Translations under genes and position numbers: made by a program
Part shown: one piece after another, positions 10,304 through 20,539 of the stretch
Layout of the letters: each line of letters starts with the position of its first letter
Position numbering within the stretch: position 1 is the first letter of the stretch
Source: an uncultured Hyphomicrobiales bacterium
GTDB taxonomy: Bacteria; Bacteroidota; Ignavibacteria; Kapaibacteriales; UBA2268
NCBI GenBank assembly: GCA_964577665.1
Contig: CAZOBD010000005.1
Span: forward strand, 493 to 52,094
Reading direction: 5' to 3'
Length of the DNA: 51,602 nucleotides
The notes under the pieces: model-generated
Seen by the model: the letters and a program-made list of their open reading frames with translations, nothing else
The model's database searches: none
What the model was told of the DNA's origin: nothing

Positions 10304-11371
10304 TCAGATTATTTTATAATTCCAGCCGTATTTGTCTTCTATTTCGCCGTATTGAATGCCGGTTATTGTATCGAACAATTTCTGTGAAACTCTTCCGATT
10401 TTATTATCGTTTACTACTATGTTTTCACCTTTGAAATTAAGCAGACCAACGGGGGAAATGACGGCTGCGGTGCCGGTGCCGAAGCATTCCTGAAGTTTTC
10501 CGTCTTTATAAGCCTTCATTATTTCATCTATTGTAATGCTTCTTTCGGAAACTTTCATTCCCCATTCCCGTGCAAGATGAAGCACGGAATAGCGGGTTAC
10601 GCCGGCTAATATTGTACCTTGGCTTAAAGGTGGTGTAATAAGCTCATCATCGATGACGAACATAATATTCATAGCTCCGACTTCATCGACAACTTCCCGG
10701 GAAGCTGCATTGAGCCACAGAACCTGCGAAAATCCGTTTTCTTTTGCTTTTTTGCCTGCCAGTAAAGAAGCTGCGTAGTTGCCGGCTGTTTTTGCCGTAC
10801 CGGTGCCTCCGGGGGCGGCGCGGACGTATTCGTCTGTAACCATGATTTTAACGGGATTCAGACCTTCCGGATAATATGAAGCTACGGGAGAGGTCATAAT
10901 TATCAGACGGTAAGTGTCCGAGGCATGTACGCCCAAGAAATTTCCAGACCCGTAAACAAGCGGACGTATATAAAGCGAGTGTCCCCTTGTGGCAGGAATG
11001 AACTGTATATCGGTTTTTATCAGCTCGGTCATTGCTTCAAGAAATTTCTTTTCGTCAAAAGCGGGTATGCAGAGAAGTTCTGCGGAATGATTAAGCCTTT
11101 TGGCGTTCATTTCCGGTCTGAAAACATTTACTCCGCGGTCTTTTGCTCTGAAAGCCTTTAATCCCTCAAAAATTGATTGTCCGTAATGCAGTGTGCACAT
11201 ACCCGGCTCGACGGGCATGGGACCGTAAGGCACTATTTCGCCTTCACTCCATTTGCCGTTTTCGTAATCGGATATAAAAACGTGATCGGAGAAATATTTG
11301 CCGAAGCTCAGATTATCCCAGTGGATTGTGCCAATCTTCGATTTCTCCGTTTTTGTTATTTTAATAGCCAT
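10304..11371 (-). CDS. ilvE: Branched-chain amino acid aminotransferase
   Basis: LHYGQSIFEGLKA, LYIRP, AKTAGNYA, EVGAMN, ILAGVTR, FGTGTAAVISPVG. Confidence 0.95.
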   Translation of the reverse strand: MAIKITKTEKSKIGTIHWDNLSFGKYFSDHVFISDYENGKWSEGEIVPYGPMPVEPGMCTLHYGQSIFEGLKAFRAKDRGVNVFRPEMNAKRLNHSAELLCIPAFDEKKFLEAMTELIKTDIQFIPATRGHSLYIRPLVYGSGNFLGVHASDTYRLIIMTSPVASYYPEGLNPVKIMVTDEYVRAAPGGTGTAKTAGNYAASLLAGKKAKENGFSQVLWLNAASREVVDEVGAMNIMFVIDDELITPPLSQGTILAGVTRYSVLHLAREWGMKVSERSITIDEIMKAYKDGKLQECFGTGTAAVISPVGLLNFKGENIVVNDNKIGRVSQKLFDTITGIQYGEIEDKYGWNYKII

Positions 11372-11402
11372 AGCTTACCTCAAAATTTATTATTGTAATT
11401 CA

Positions 11403-13082
11403 TTAAAACATATATTTGGTGTCGATGTCCCGAGGAACATCGCTGAGCATGCTGATTTCATTTTTGATTTCAGGCGTAACCTGTCCGTATTTTTCGATTA
11501 TTTCACCTGCTTTTTCGTAATTCCCCTCAGCCTGAACTGTTAAAATTAAATCTGCCAGCTCTGCCACCTTATCGAAAAATATTTCCTGATTTATAGCCAG
11601 TTTGCCGTTTTCGAGCTTTTTAACAGCGCCCCTGTCTTTCAAGAAATTGAGCTGTATCAGATTGGCTCTGCCGTGGGCTTCTTCGGCTCCGAAACGTATG
11701 GACCTGTATAATCCAGCCAGATATGTAGCTACAGCTTTGTCGATGTATTCTTGGTCTATTGCGCCAAGTTCAAGTAATGTTTTATGGTTATACATTCCTA
11801 ATATATCGGCTTTTGTTTCTTCAATGGCAGAATATCTTTCCTGAAGTGCTTTTCTTACGGTTTCATCGCTGCTTATTACGTAACCGGGGCCAAATGTGTG
11901 AGATATTTCATGTAGTGTTACGAAGCTTGTAAAAGCTTTTTTATCAACGTTTTTGGCAAACTTTTCGGCTAAGATTGTGTTGGCAATAGGAACGACGATT
12001 TTATCAAATTTCGCTTCCATCATGTTTTTGAACATAGACTTTTTCGAGCCTTTTGTTTCATGTATTTTGGGATCGTTAGGAAGCGAATTAGCTATGGTTT
12101 TTACGCCTTTGTTGCAGTCTCCGCCGAAATAGACAATATTGACAATCTGCATTACGGTCTTTTTCGGTTCGCCCTTTTTGTATTCTTTTCCTGTGTAGGG
12201 TATGTTTTCTTCCAGTTTATTGAGATTTTTGCGGAACAATTCGAGTTCTTTCGAAGCTTCTTCGTCCCGTACCATAATCATTGCTTCGTAAGCGGTTTTG
12301 TAATTGAAAAGAGCGTCTTCGTAATTTTCAATAGGTCCTATTACAACGTCGATGTCATTACCTTCGAGGTCCATCCATGCAAGGTCGCTTTCGTGGTATG
12401 CATCGGTTCTTAAAGCCTTTGCCCGCAGGGTGAGATACTTTTTCAAAGAAGGATTTTCGGCATAGGCTGCCGCAGAGTCGATGTAATCGGCTGCCTGCAT
12501 TACTTCAGGATAGTACTTATGATAGGGAACAGCCTTCAATCTGCTGTTTTCTCTGGTTACGACAGTGTATTGTCCCGTTAAAACTTCCTTCTCATCAGGA
12601 TTCTCCGAAAGATATTTTTCAAACTCCTCTTTTGTCATATCTACGGGGTAAAAAGCGCCTCCGAGTGGACGTTTCTCTGGCTGATCGCCGACGAATCTTT
12701 CGTTGTCGTATATGGGATCGTAAGGACCGTAATTTATCATTACGTACTGCAGGGCAGTCTTCGCTTCTTCTGTTTCCAGTTTCTCAAGAGAATCTTTGAC
12801 CGGAATAGATTGAGGTGATGTTTGTTTCCAGAAAATATTATCAATGATTTTGCCGGCTTTTGCAAGGAATTCCAGTACTTTTTTCTGATTAGGGTCTAAA
12901 TGTGAAAGGTCTGCTTTTACTTCTGTCGGTGCAAATGCTTTTATTCGCTGCTCGATTAATTTTGTTTGAGTAGTCTTCATGTCTTTGTCCTCAGAAGGTT
13001 CATCCTGCTTTTGACAGGCTGTAATAAAAAAAAGAATGCTTAATGCCGCAGTTATTTGGAATGCAGTTAAGTATTTTTTCAT
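11403..13082 (-). CDS. Dipeptidyl-peptidase III (M49 family) lipoprotein, HEXXH type
   Basis: Lipobox ITAC, IGPIENYED, NSLPND, LHEISH, IEETKADI, RSIRFG. Confidence 0.85.
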   Translation of the reverse strand: MKKYLTAFQITAALSILFFITACQKQDEPSEDKDMKTTQTKLIEQRIKAFAPTEVKADLSHLDPNQKKVLEFLAKAGKIIDNIFWKQTSPQSIPVKDSLEKLETEEAKTALQYVMINYGPYDPIYDNERFVGDQPEKRPLGGAFYPVDMTKEEFEKYLSENPDEKEVLTGQYTVVTRENSRLKAVPYHKYYPEVMQAADYIDSAAAYAENPSLKKYLTLRAKALRTDAYHESDLAWMDLEGNDIDVVIGPIENYEDALFNYKTAYEAMIMVRDEEASKELELFRKNLNKLEENIPYTGKEYKKGEPKKTVMQIVNIVYFGGDCNKGVKTIANSLPNDPKIHETKGSKKSMFKNMMEAKFDKIVVPIANTILAEKFAKNVDKKAFTSFVTLHEISHTFGPGYVISSDETVRKALQERYSAIEETKADILGMYNHKTLLELGAIDQEYIDKAVATYLAGLYRSIRFGAEEAHGRANLIQLNFLKDRGAVKKLENGKLAINQEIFFDKVAELADLILTVQAEGNYEKAGEIIEKYGQVTPEIKNEISMLSDVPRDIDTKYMF

Positions 13083-13290
13083 GTGTATCCCGTTTTTTAT
13101 TAAACATATTGTTAATGATAATTATTTTAAACAATTTACAAAAAAAAAACGAGTATTTAAAATAAATATTGAAACTATTAGGTATGCAGGGTTAAAAGAT
13201 GTAATTATTATACAATACTAAGAGTTGAATACAACAGGTAGTTAAATGCGGTCTGATTAAAGGATTAGAAAAACAACAAAAGAATACAGA

Positions 13291-14577
13291 TTACTTGTCA
13301 GCCTCGCCCATAATGGGATCAATGGAGCCTATTGCGAGAATGACGTCGGCAATCATTGAGCCTTCTATCATAGGAGCGAGTGTCTGAAGATTTGCCGTAC
13401 TGGGCGAGCGAATTTTCAGTTTCCAAGGGTAACCCGTACCGTTGGAAACAATGAAAAAGCCGAGTTCGCCTTTGGGGCTTTCTATGGCAGTATAGGTTTC
13501 TCCCGGCTCGGGAGCTGCACCAAAGTTCACCACCATGAAATCGTTTATCAAATCTTCCATTTTTGTATATACATCTTTTTTGCGGGGCAGCGTAGTCTTG
13601 TGGTTGTCCAGTCTTACTTCGCCTTTGGGCTGTTTTTCAAGAAGCTGATATACCATTTTCAGACTTTCTTTCATCTCCTGTATGCGTACCATGTAGCGCG
13701 ACCATACATCACAGTCGCCGTAGGTAATAACGTCGAAATCGAGCCGGTCATAAAGAAGGTAGGGCTCGTCGCGGCGAAGATCCCTTGCTATGCCTGAGCC
13801 TCTGAGAGTCGGTCCGGTAGCCCCGAGCTTAACGGCTTTTTCCGGCTCAAGAATGCAGACGCCCGCGAGCCTGTCAACAAAAATTCTATTTTTATGAACA
13901 AGTTTCTCGAAATAATCCAATTCGGAAGGAAACTCGTCAGCCCATTTTTTTATCATGCCGAGCACTTCGTCATTAATATCGTTTGCCACTCCGCCTATGC
14001 GAGAATAGCTTGTTGTAAAACGGGCGCCGCAAATAAGCTCAAATATGTCATATAATTTTTCCCGTTCGATAAATGTCCAGAGGAGTACGGTAAGAGCACC
14101 GGCATCCATACAGGTAGATCCCATAGCCATAAGATGAGAAGAGATTCTTGCAAGCTCGGAAACAAGAGTTCTTATCCATTGGGCGCGCGGAGGAGCTTCG
14201 ATACCGAGAGCATTGTCTGCCGCAAGAGTAATGGCAACGTTGTTGGAAAGCGGCGCAATGTAGTCAAGTCTGTCTGTATGGGGGATAAATTCATACATAG
14301 TGCAGTTTTCGGCAAGTTTTTCGTAGCCCCTGTGCAGATAGCCGAGCTCGGGTATTGCTTTTATGACAGTTTCTCCGTCGAGCCTGAGCAGAACGCGAAG
14401 TACCCCGTGTGTTGCGGGATGCTGGGGTCCCATGTTGAGAACCAGATCGTTTTCAAGGGGGTCTTCCAGAATAAGCGAAATGTCCTTGTCCTTAATTTCT
14501 TTAAAAATTTTACCCTGACGGATATTATTCAAAGCTTCCACTTCCGAACGGCTTCTGATATTTTTTCCTCTTGCCAT
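13291..14577 (-). CDS. nuoD: NADH-quinone oxidoreductase subunit D
   Basis: NMGPQHPATHGVLR, GYLHRGYEK, DRLDY, ESPKGELG, RSPS, IDPIMGEADK. No NiFe CxxC motifs. Confidence 0.93.
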   Translation of the reverse strand: MARGKNIRSRSEVEALNNIRQGKIFKEIKDKDISLILEDPLENDLVLNMGPQHPATHGVLRVLLRLDGETVIKAIPELGYLHRGYEKLAENCTMYEFIPHTDRLDYIAPLSNNVAITLAADNALGIEAPPRAQWIRTLVSELARISSHLMAMGSTCMDAGALTVLLWTFIEREKLYDIFELICGARFTTSYSRIGGVANDINDEVLGMIKKWADEFPSELDYFEKLVHKNRIFVDRLAGVCILEPEKAVKLGATGPTLRGSGIARDLRRDEPYLLYDRLDFDVITYGDCDVWSRYMVRIQEMKESLKMVYQLLEKQPKGEVRLDNHKTTLPRKKDVYTKMEDLINDFMVVNFGAAPEPGETYTAIESPKGELGFFIVSNGTGYPWKLKIRSPSTANLQTLAPMIEGSMIADVILAIGSIDPIMGEADK

Positions 14578-14826
14578 ATATTCTCCTGAATATTTGTATC
14601 TATCGAATATGTAAAAATAAACAACTAATAAAAGATTATCAAATCAAAAAGAAAAAAAATGCTTTTTGCTGTTAAATTTCTTATATTGCAGGTTTAGCGC
14701 TTGATGCTTTCGTTTTCGTTCATAGAAATATTAACTCATACAAATTCAATAAATTAATCAAAATTTTCTTTATGAGAATTTATATTATTCATGGAAAAGT
14801 TGAATAAGATTCAATACAAGAGAATA

Positions 14827-17800
14827 ATGAAAAAAACTGCTCTGATAATGAACCTGCTTATTCTGCTGACATTTTCTAATGCGGCAGCCGAATACATCCC
14901 GCTCGATTCATTAAGAAAAAAGATTAAAAAAAACACGGGCAGAGAAAAAGTCGATTTGCTTTTAGATGTTTCCGGCAGGCTGGTATATTACTCACTTCAA
15001 AATTCGCTGGACAGCGCAAGAGAAGCCCTGCTCATCAGCCAGAGAATTCAATACAAAGAAGGTGAAGCCAAATCTTATTATCTTATGGGTACATGTGTTA
15101 GACAGCTTGGCGGAAACGACAGGTCTATTTCATATCTTACAAAATCACTCAGCATATTCACACAGGAAGAAGATTACGAATGGATGATTAAATGCAATAT
15201 TGAATTGGGACTATTGTACCATGAGATGCAGAAATATGAAAAAGCTGTTTCTTACTATTTCATTGCTTTTGAGCTGAGCAAAAAAGTGGAAAGTTACGCA
15301 GGCAAAGGTCTTTCCTATTTTGCACTGGGTAATATTTACCGCAGTATAAAAGACGAATGGACTGCCGTCGGCTATTTAAGAAATTCGATAGAGAATTATT
15401 TTTTGGCAAAGGACTCTGCGAAAGCAGCAAACAGTTTGTTAATTCTCGGCGCTACATACCACACTTTGGTTAAGGAAGGAAATTATCACAATAAAAATAC
15501 AGCTGTTAAGCATTTTAACAGGGCGCTTGATATCTACGAAAACAGTAATGATCTTTTCGGTATTTCAAATGTTTTGAGGTTCAGAGGAGCATATTGGATA
15601 GATGTAAACGAACCTGAAAAGGCAAAAAATGATTTGCTCTTGGCGGTAGAATACGCCAAAAGGGACAAAAACAGACGTCTTGCAGCAGATTCCTACACCC
15701 TGCTGGCATTTTATTCTTACAAGCATAATAACTATAAAATGATGCTCGAGTATAATGAAAAAGCTCTCGCTCTGCGCTTAAAGATTGGTTATTTGGCAAT
15801 GATAAGCAGTTCTTACAACAATATCGGGAGTACATACTTTAAATTGAAGGATTACTCTAAAGCACTGGAATATCTGAATCTTTCACTGAAACATGCCCGT
15901 GAGAGCGACTCAAAGTACTATATTTTAAAAAATTATGAGAGAATATCCCTCATTAACGAAGTAAAGGGCAATTTGAAAAAGGCTCTGGAATATCAAAAAA
16001 AATATGCAGCTTTGAAAGACAGCATAAGAGAACAAGAACTCAATCTGGACATTATGGGTCTTCGTCTGAAATCGGATTTGAGCAAGCGAGAGAAAGAAAT
16101 AGCAGATTTGGAATATCAGCAGCAAGAAGCATTGGTCTATTTTCTGGTAATAGGTTCAGTTCTTTTCCTTGGTTTTATTTTTGTTCTTTACAAGAGAGTT
16201 TCTGACAAAAACAAAGACAACAAACTTTTAAAAGAGCAAAAAGAAAAGCTTTCCCACACACTCGATGAACTCAATGAAAACCGTGAAGAACTGCGAATCC
16301 TGAATGAACAGCTCGAAGAAAGAGTGGAAGAGCGCACAGGCGAGCTGATGAAAGAAATGAAGGATAAGGAATCAGTGCAGGAGATGCTCGATTCGACAAG
16401 CAGACTGCTTAACAAAATGTCTTCCATGGCTCCGATGATAGCATATATTAATGACATGAATACCAAAGAGATTATCTGGCAGAATAAAAGTCTTCTTAAA
16501 GAACTTGGTTATGAAAAAAACGAGGATCAGCATTCTGGTTTTAATCTTAATAATGTTTTCAGCATGATGCATCCTGATGATCTGGCAAAAAGAAAAGAAA
16601 AGAAAGATGTTCTGGTAAAAGATGGTATTGAGGAATTAGATTTCCGGCTGAAAGCGGCAGACGGTTCATGGCGCTGGTTTCTTTCCAAGCATGTACCTTT
16701 TCAAGTTGAAAAGGATGGCAGCGTTTCTCAAATTCTGGGGGTTGCCTTAGATATAACAGAAAGAAAGAAAATCCAGAATTTACTCGAGCAGAGCGAGCAA
16801 AGATACAGGCTGATTACACAAAATACGATTGATATTATCTGGACGGCAGATTTTGAATACAATGTTACTTACATAAGTCCATCAGTATATAATTTTTTAG
16901 GTTATAAACCCTTCGAACTGCTCGGCAAGCCTTTCTGGAACTGTGCCGCTGAAAATAAAAAATCGGGTTTAATTAAAGAAATTTCAGGTCATGTGGCACT
17001 GATTGAAGCAGGTGAAAATCCGTCAAATACATTTTCAATGGAAATAACCCAGTATCACAAAAACGGTGCTGAAATACCATCGGAATTTGTAATTTCTTTA
17101 ATGAAAAGCGGTGCCGGCGGGGATATTGGTTTTGTAGGTATTACCAGAAATATTACCGATAGAAAGAAAGCGGAAGAAAATCTGAAAAAACTAAACGAAG
17201 AACTTGAAAAAGCAAACAGGACAATTGAGAATGCACTCAACAGGGAGAAAGAGCTTAATTTGATGAAATCACGTTTCATACAAATGATCTCCCATGAATA
17301 CCGAACACCCCTGACAGTGATTCTTTCCTCCGCAGAGCTGATAAATGTTTACCTGCAGAAAGGTAACTTTGAAAAAGCTGAAGAATATACAAAAAAAATA
17401 GTTTCTTCGGTTGATCTTATGACTCACCTGATAGATGATGTTTTTACTTTTTCTAAGTTTGAGTCGGGAAATCTTGAAATAAACCGGGTAATAGTTGAAC
17501 TGATAGATTTTTCGCGAAAAATTTCTGATGAAGTAAGCATATTGGATAATGAAAATCATAAGTTTGAAATTCTTAAAAATGTTCCTGAATTAAGGGTTAT
17601 GACGGATTATAACTATCTCCGCCAGATATTTCTACACCTTTTAATGAATGCCGTCAAATTTTCTGCTCATCAGTCTAAAATATCAATTGCTCTGGAGAGA
17701 ACCGGCGAAAAAGCCTATATAAGAATAAAAGATGAAGGCAAAGGAATTACCGAAGAAGAAAAGGAAAATCTATTCAAGGCATTTCACAGAGGGAAGGAAG

Positions 17801-17949
17801 ACATTGGCATAGTTCCGGGTATCGGGCTGGGGCTTGCAATGGTAAAAAAATTCGTCGATGCTTTAGAGTGGGAAATTTCCTTTGACAGCAGTATCGGAGA
17901 AGGCACTGAGTTTGTCATAAAAATTCCTGAAAGACATATCGTTGAGTGA
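14827..17949 (+). CDS. Membrane-anchored TPR + PAS sensor histidine kinase
   Basis: Signal peptide MKKTALIMNLLILLTFSNAAA, TPR helices (SYNNIGSTY), TM segment (YFLVIGSVLFLGFIFVLY), two PAS domains, SHEYRTPL, NAVKF, GIGLGL. An alternative start lies at 14791. Confidence 0.9.
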   Translation: MKKTALIMNLLILLTFSNAAAEYIPLDSLRKKIKKNTGREKVDLLLDVSGRLVYYSLQNSLDSAREALLISQRIQYKEGEAKSYYLMGTCVRQLGGNDRSISYLTKSLSIFTQEEDYEWMIKCNIELGLLYHEMQKYEKAVSYYFIAFELSKKVESYAGKGLSYFALGNIYRSIKDEWTAVGYLRNSIENYFLAKDSAKAANSLLILGATYHTLVKEGNYHNKNTAVKHFNRALDIYENSNDLFGISNVLRFRGAYWIDVNEPEKAKNDLLLAVEYAKRDKNRRLAADSYTLLAFYSYKHNNYKMMLEYNEKALALRLKIGYLAMISSSYNNIGSTYFKLKDYSKALEYLNLSLKHARESDSKYYILKNYERISLINEVKGNLKKALEYQKKYAALKDSIREQELNLDIMGLRLKSDLSKREKEIADLEYQQQEALVYFLVIGSVLFLGFIFVLYKRVSDKNKDNKLLKEQKEKLSHTLDELNENREELRILNEQLEERVEERTGELMKEMKDKESVQEMLDSTSRLLNKMSSMAPMIAYINDMNTKEIIWQNKSLLKELGYEKNEDQHSGFNLNNVFSMMHPDDLAKRKEKKDVLVKDGIEELDFRLKAADGSWRWFLSKHVPFQVEKDGSVSQILGVALDITERKKIQNLLEQSEQRYRLITQNTIDIIWTADFEYNVTYISPSVYNFLGYKPFELLGKPFWNCAAENKKSGLIKEISGHVALIEAGENPSNTFSMEITQYHKNGAEIPSEFVISLMKSGAGGDIGFVGITRNITDRKKAEENLKKLNEELEKANRTIENALNREKELNLMKSRFIQMISHEYRTPLTVILSSAELINVYLQKGNFEKAEEYTKKIVSSVDLMTHLIDDVFTFSKFESGNLEINRVIVELIDFSRKISDEVSILDNENHKFEILKNVPELRVMTDYNYLRQIFLHLLMNAVKFSAHQSKISIALERTGEKAYIRIKDEGKGITEEEKENLFKAFHRGKEDIGIVPGIGLGLAMVKKFVDALEWEISFDSSIGEGTEFVIKIPERHIVE

Positions 17950-17974
17950 TAATCTCCTAATTTCAACTAAAAGA

Positions 17975-18745
17975 TTACTCGCGCTTATTTACTATCATAG
18001 TGTTTGCCTGATCAGTCGGAGTTACGAGTATATCCTGAATCATAACGTGAGGAGGCCTTGCAGCACAGAAAAGAGCTATATCAGCTATATCGTAAGCACT
18101 TAGAGGAGTATATCCCTGATAAACCTTTTTCGCTCTTTCTTTGTCGCCATGAAAACGTACCTCGGCAAATTCGGTTTCTACCAAGCCGGGATCGATATTG
18201 GTAACTCTAACGCCGGTGCCGTTCAAGTCAACAGCCATAGCCTCGGAAATGGCTTTTACGGCATGTTTGGTAGCACAGTAGATATTTCCCATGGGATAGA
18301 CCTGTCTGCCGGCTATTGAAGCTATATTGATGATAATGCCGGAACCTTTTTCAATCATCAAAGGCATAAAGTAACGGGAAACGTACAGTAATCCTTTTAC
18401 GTTAGTATCTATCATTTCTTCCCAGTTATCAATGCTGCCTTCTTGAATTTTGTCGAGCCCGCGGGCAAGCCCGGCGTTGTTAATCAAAATATCAACTGCC
18501 TGCCAGTCTTTCGGCATTGCATCGAAAATCTGCTTCAGCTTTATCCTATCGCGTACATCGCACTCAAGACTCAGCACTTCGGCTCCGTGCTTGCCGAGGA
18601 GTTCGTTTGCAAGGGCTTTCAATTTTTCCTCGCGGCGGGCAAGCATTATTATTCTGGCTCCTTCTTGGGCAAATACTTTCGCGCATGCCCTGCCTATTCC
18701 TGCGGATGCACCCGTTATCAAAACTATTTTTCTTTTCAAGTCCAT
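17975..18745 (-). CDS. NADP-dependent short-chain dehydrogenase (YdfG-like)
   Basis: TGASAGIG, NNAGLARG, YCATK, DPGLVETEF. Confidence 0.9.
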   Translation of the reverse strand: MDLKRKIVLITGASAGIGRACAKVFAQEGARIIMLARREEKLKALANELLGKHGAEVLSLECDVRDRIKLKQIFDAMPKDWQAVDILINNAGLARGLDKIQEGSIDNWEEMIDTNVKGLLYVSRYFMPLMIEKGSGIIINIASIAGRQVYPMGNIYCATKHAVKAISEAMAVDLNGTGVRVTNIDPGLVETEFAEVRFHGDKERAKKVYQGYTPLSAYDIADIALFCAARPPHVMIQDILVTPTDQANTMIVNKRE

Positions 18746-18859
18746 AATAAACCTCTCAGAAATTTTAACTATAAAGTAAGTGTAAAATCTTTTCTACAGT
18801 CCTGTCCCGCTAAGATATAGAAATTGCAGCGCCATAAATTCCCTTAGTCAATAAAAGTA

Positions 18860-19750
18860 CTACAACTGTCGTATTTTATAATCGTTTCTGCTCTTCAAAA
18901 TGCCAACTATACTTCTGTCAGTGAGCAGATGACCCGCTCCGACGATAACGAAACATTTAATATTTTCTTCCATAAAACTTTCTATCGCGCGAGCCATTGT
19001 TTCATTCCTGCTCCAGAAGAATACTTTCATAAATTCTTCATAATTTTCCATCTTACGGAGATCGTTGAGCATATAATCGTAAAGTTTTTCAGAATTTCCT
19101 TCGCTCCAGTAATGAAAAAGGGAATCAATCCTGTTTTCATCCGAATCTATCTCGCTGAGAGCATATTCTACATAAACATTCATTGCATCGTCGAGATAGT
19201 CGAAAAGCTCGAGTTGCTGCTCGATGCTTTCCAGCTCGTATATTTCTTTGCCGTCATCCCCTGCTCGTTCCATAAAGTGCATATCAATGCCCTGAGCCTG
19301 CTCGTAGCCCTGCTCTTGAGCATCCATCATTGTCATGGTAATGACAGCATACCATGGCTTGAATTTGTTGTAAATTTCCTTTGTCAATCCCATTTCCCGG
19401 AAGTTTTTTTCGATTTTTGCGAAAAGTTCGGGTGAAACATTTTCTTCTAAAGTTTCATCTCCCTGATAAACGGCTTTTTGGGCGATTTTCATTGCAATGT
19501 TCATATCTTTTATTTCAGATATGTCTATTTCAACGGCAATTGCTTCGGAAACCTCATAAGCCTGCATTATAATGTCCGGCAGGGGGTACATTTCCTTTTT
19601 GGCTATGTGCACCGAACCCAGTATGTAAATCGTATTTGTTTCCGATTTCACTTCCCACAGAAAGTGCTTGTCTCCACCGCTTCCGAAGGTGGAACATGAG
19701 GCTGTAAAAAGTAAAACGATTAAGATTGAATGATATATTTTTTTTCTCAT
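18860..19750 (-). CDS. TraB/GumN (Tiki-like) family lipoprotein
   Basis: Lipobox TASC, YILGSVH, GID, ELES, RN, VGAGHL. Confidence 0.88.
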   Translation of the reverse strand: MRKKIYHSILIVLLFTASCSTFGSGGDKHFLWEVKSETNTIYILGSVHIAKKEMYPLPDIIMQAYEVSEAIAVEIDISEIKDMNIAMKIAQKAVYQGDETLEENVSPELFAKIEKNFREMGLTKEIYNKFKPWYAVITMTMMDAQEQGYEQAQGIDMHFMERAGDDGKEIYELESIEQQLELFDYLDDAMNVYVEYALSEIDSDENRIDSLFHYWSEGNSEKLYDYMLNDLRKMENYEEFMKVFFWSRNETMARAIESFMEENIKCFVIVGAGHLLTDRSIVGILKSRNDYKIRQL

Positions 19751-19803
19751 ATTCTAAAAAAATTTAAATAGAAAAAAGTACTCTTGATTTTTTAAGATAA
19801 TAT

Positions 19804-19863
19804 TTTTGAGTTCACTTAAAAAAGGTAATATAAAATAATTTGATAATTTTAAAAAGTAAAAAA
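19804..19863 (-). promoter_or_regulatory. ~60-bp upstream element shared with the lysA upstream region (copy 1)
   Basis: TTTTGAGTTCACTTAAAAAAGGTAATATAAAATAATTTGATAATTTTAAAAAGTAAAAAA is nearly identical to 49592-49651. Both copies lie just upstream of minus-strand genes. Confidence 0.55.
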
Positions 19864-20067
19864 TCTTAATAAATATGCAATATACCAACTTTTAAATTTT
19901 TCCCGAAAAAAGCCCAACAAAAAATTATTCAGACAAAACAAGAGTCATGTCAGGTTAAAAATGTTCGAAATATCAGACAGCTTGTCGGAGAGGCAAAAGA
20001 AGCTGTTGTTTTCATCATAGGAAAATCATTTCTGTTTACTTTTCAAAACCGCTTTTTACCCTTAATA

Positions 20068-20106
20068 AAAAACCTTCCGAAGGTTTAATACCCATCGGAA
20101 GGTTAA
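20068..20106. repeat. REP-like/terminator-like inverted repeat AACCTTCCGAAGGTT...CCATCGGAAGGTT (family C)
   Basis: Nested palindromes downstream of the DUF35 gene. Confidence 0.55.
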
Positions 20107-20149
20107 AAATAACATCCTTTTATTCCCAATAAAAAGGAACAAAAAGTTT

Positions 20150-20539
20150 TTAAACCAGCACAGCTTTATATGCGTAGTTGATGATGCCGCTGCCGCCTTC
20201 CTCCATTATCTTGCGGAAAACGAGCTGTACTTCGGCGCCTATCTTTAGGTCTTCTTCATTGCAGTCAACTACTTGTGCGGTGATGCGTGCTCCTTCTTCG
20301 GTTTCGATAATTGCAACCGGGAAGGGAGCTTCTTTTGCATAGTCGTCGGCCGCTATGTGGACGACAGTGTAGGTTAAAATCCTGCCTTTGCCGCTGAGGG
20401 TAATCTTCTCGAAGTCTTTACAGCCTTTGTCGGGGCATACATAGCGGTTTGCGAGGGTAACGCATCCGCAGTCGAACTTCTGAGCTTCCAGCCGGTAGCG
20501 GTGGGGAATTTCGCGAGTATATCTTTGTGAATTAGCCAT
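20150..20539 (-). CDS. DUF35 family Zn-ribbon/OB-fold scaffold protein
   Basis: Cys cluster DCGC...CPDKGC, GKGRILTYTVVH, PFPVAIIETEEG, IGAEVQLVFRK, YAYK. Its start overlaps the thiolase stop. Confidence 0.9.
   Translation of the reverse strand: MANSQRYTREIPHRYRLEAQKFDCGCVTLANRYVCPDKGCKDFEKITLSGKGRILTYTVVHIAADDYAKEAPFPVAIIETEEGARITAQVVDCNEEDLKIGAEVQLVFRKIMEEGGSGIINYAYKAVLV

Noticed and set aside
13291..14577. Group 4 NiFe-hydrogenase large subunit
   Set aside because: Both CxxC Ni-binding motifs are absent, and the quinone-site motifs of NuoD are present.
19870..20060. Possible gene remnant between TraB/GumN and DUF35
   Set aside because: The composition is slightly coding-like, but no frame I tried gave a recognisable peptide.
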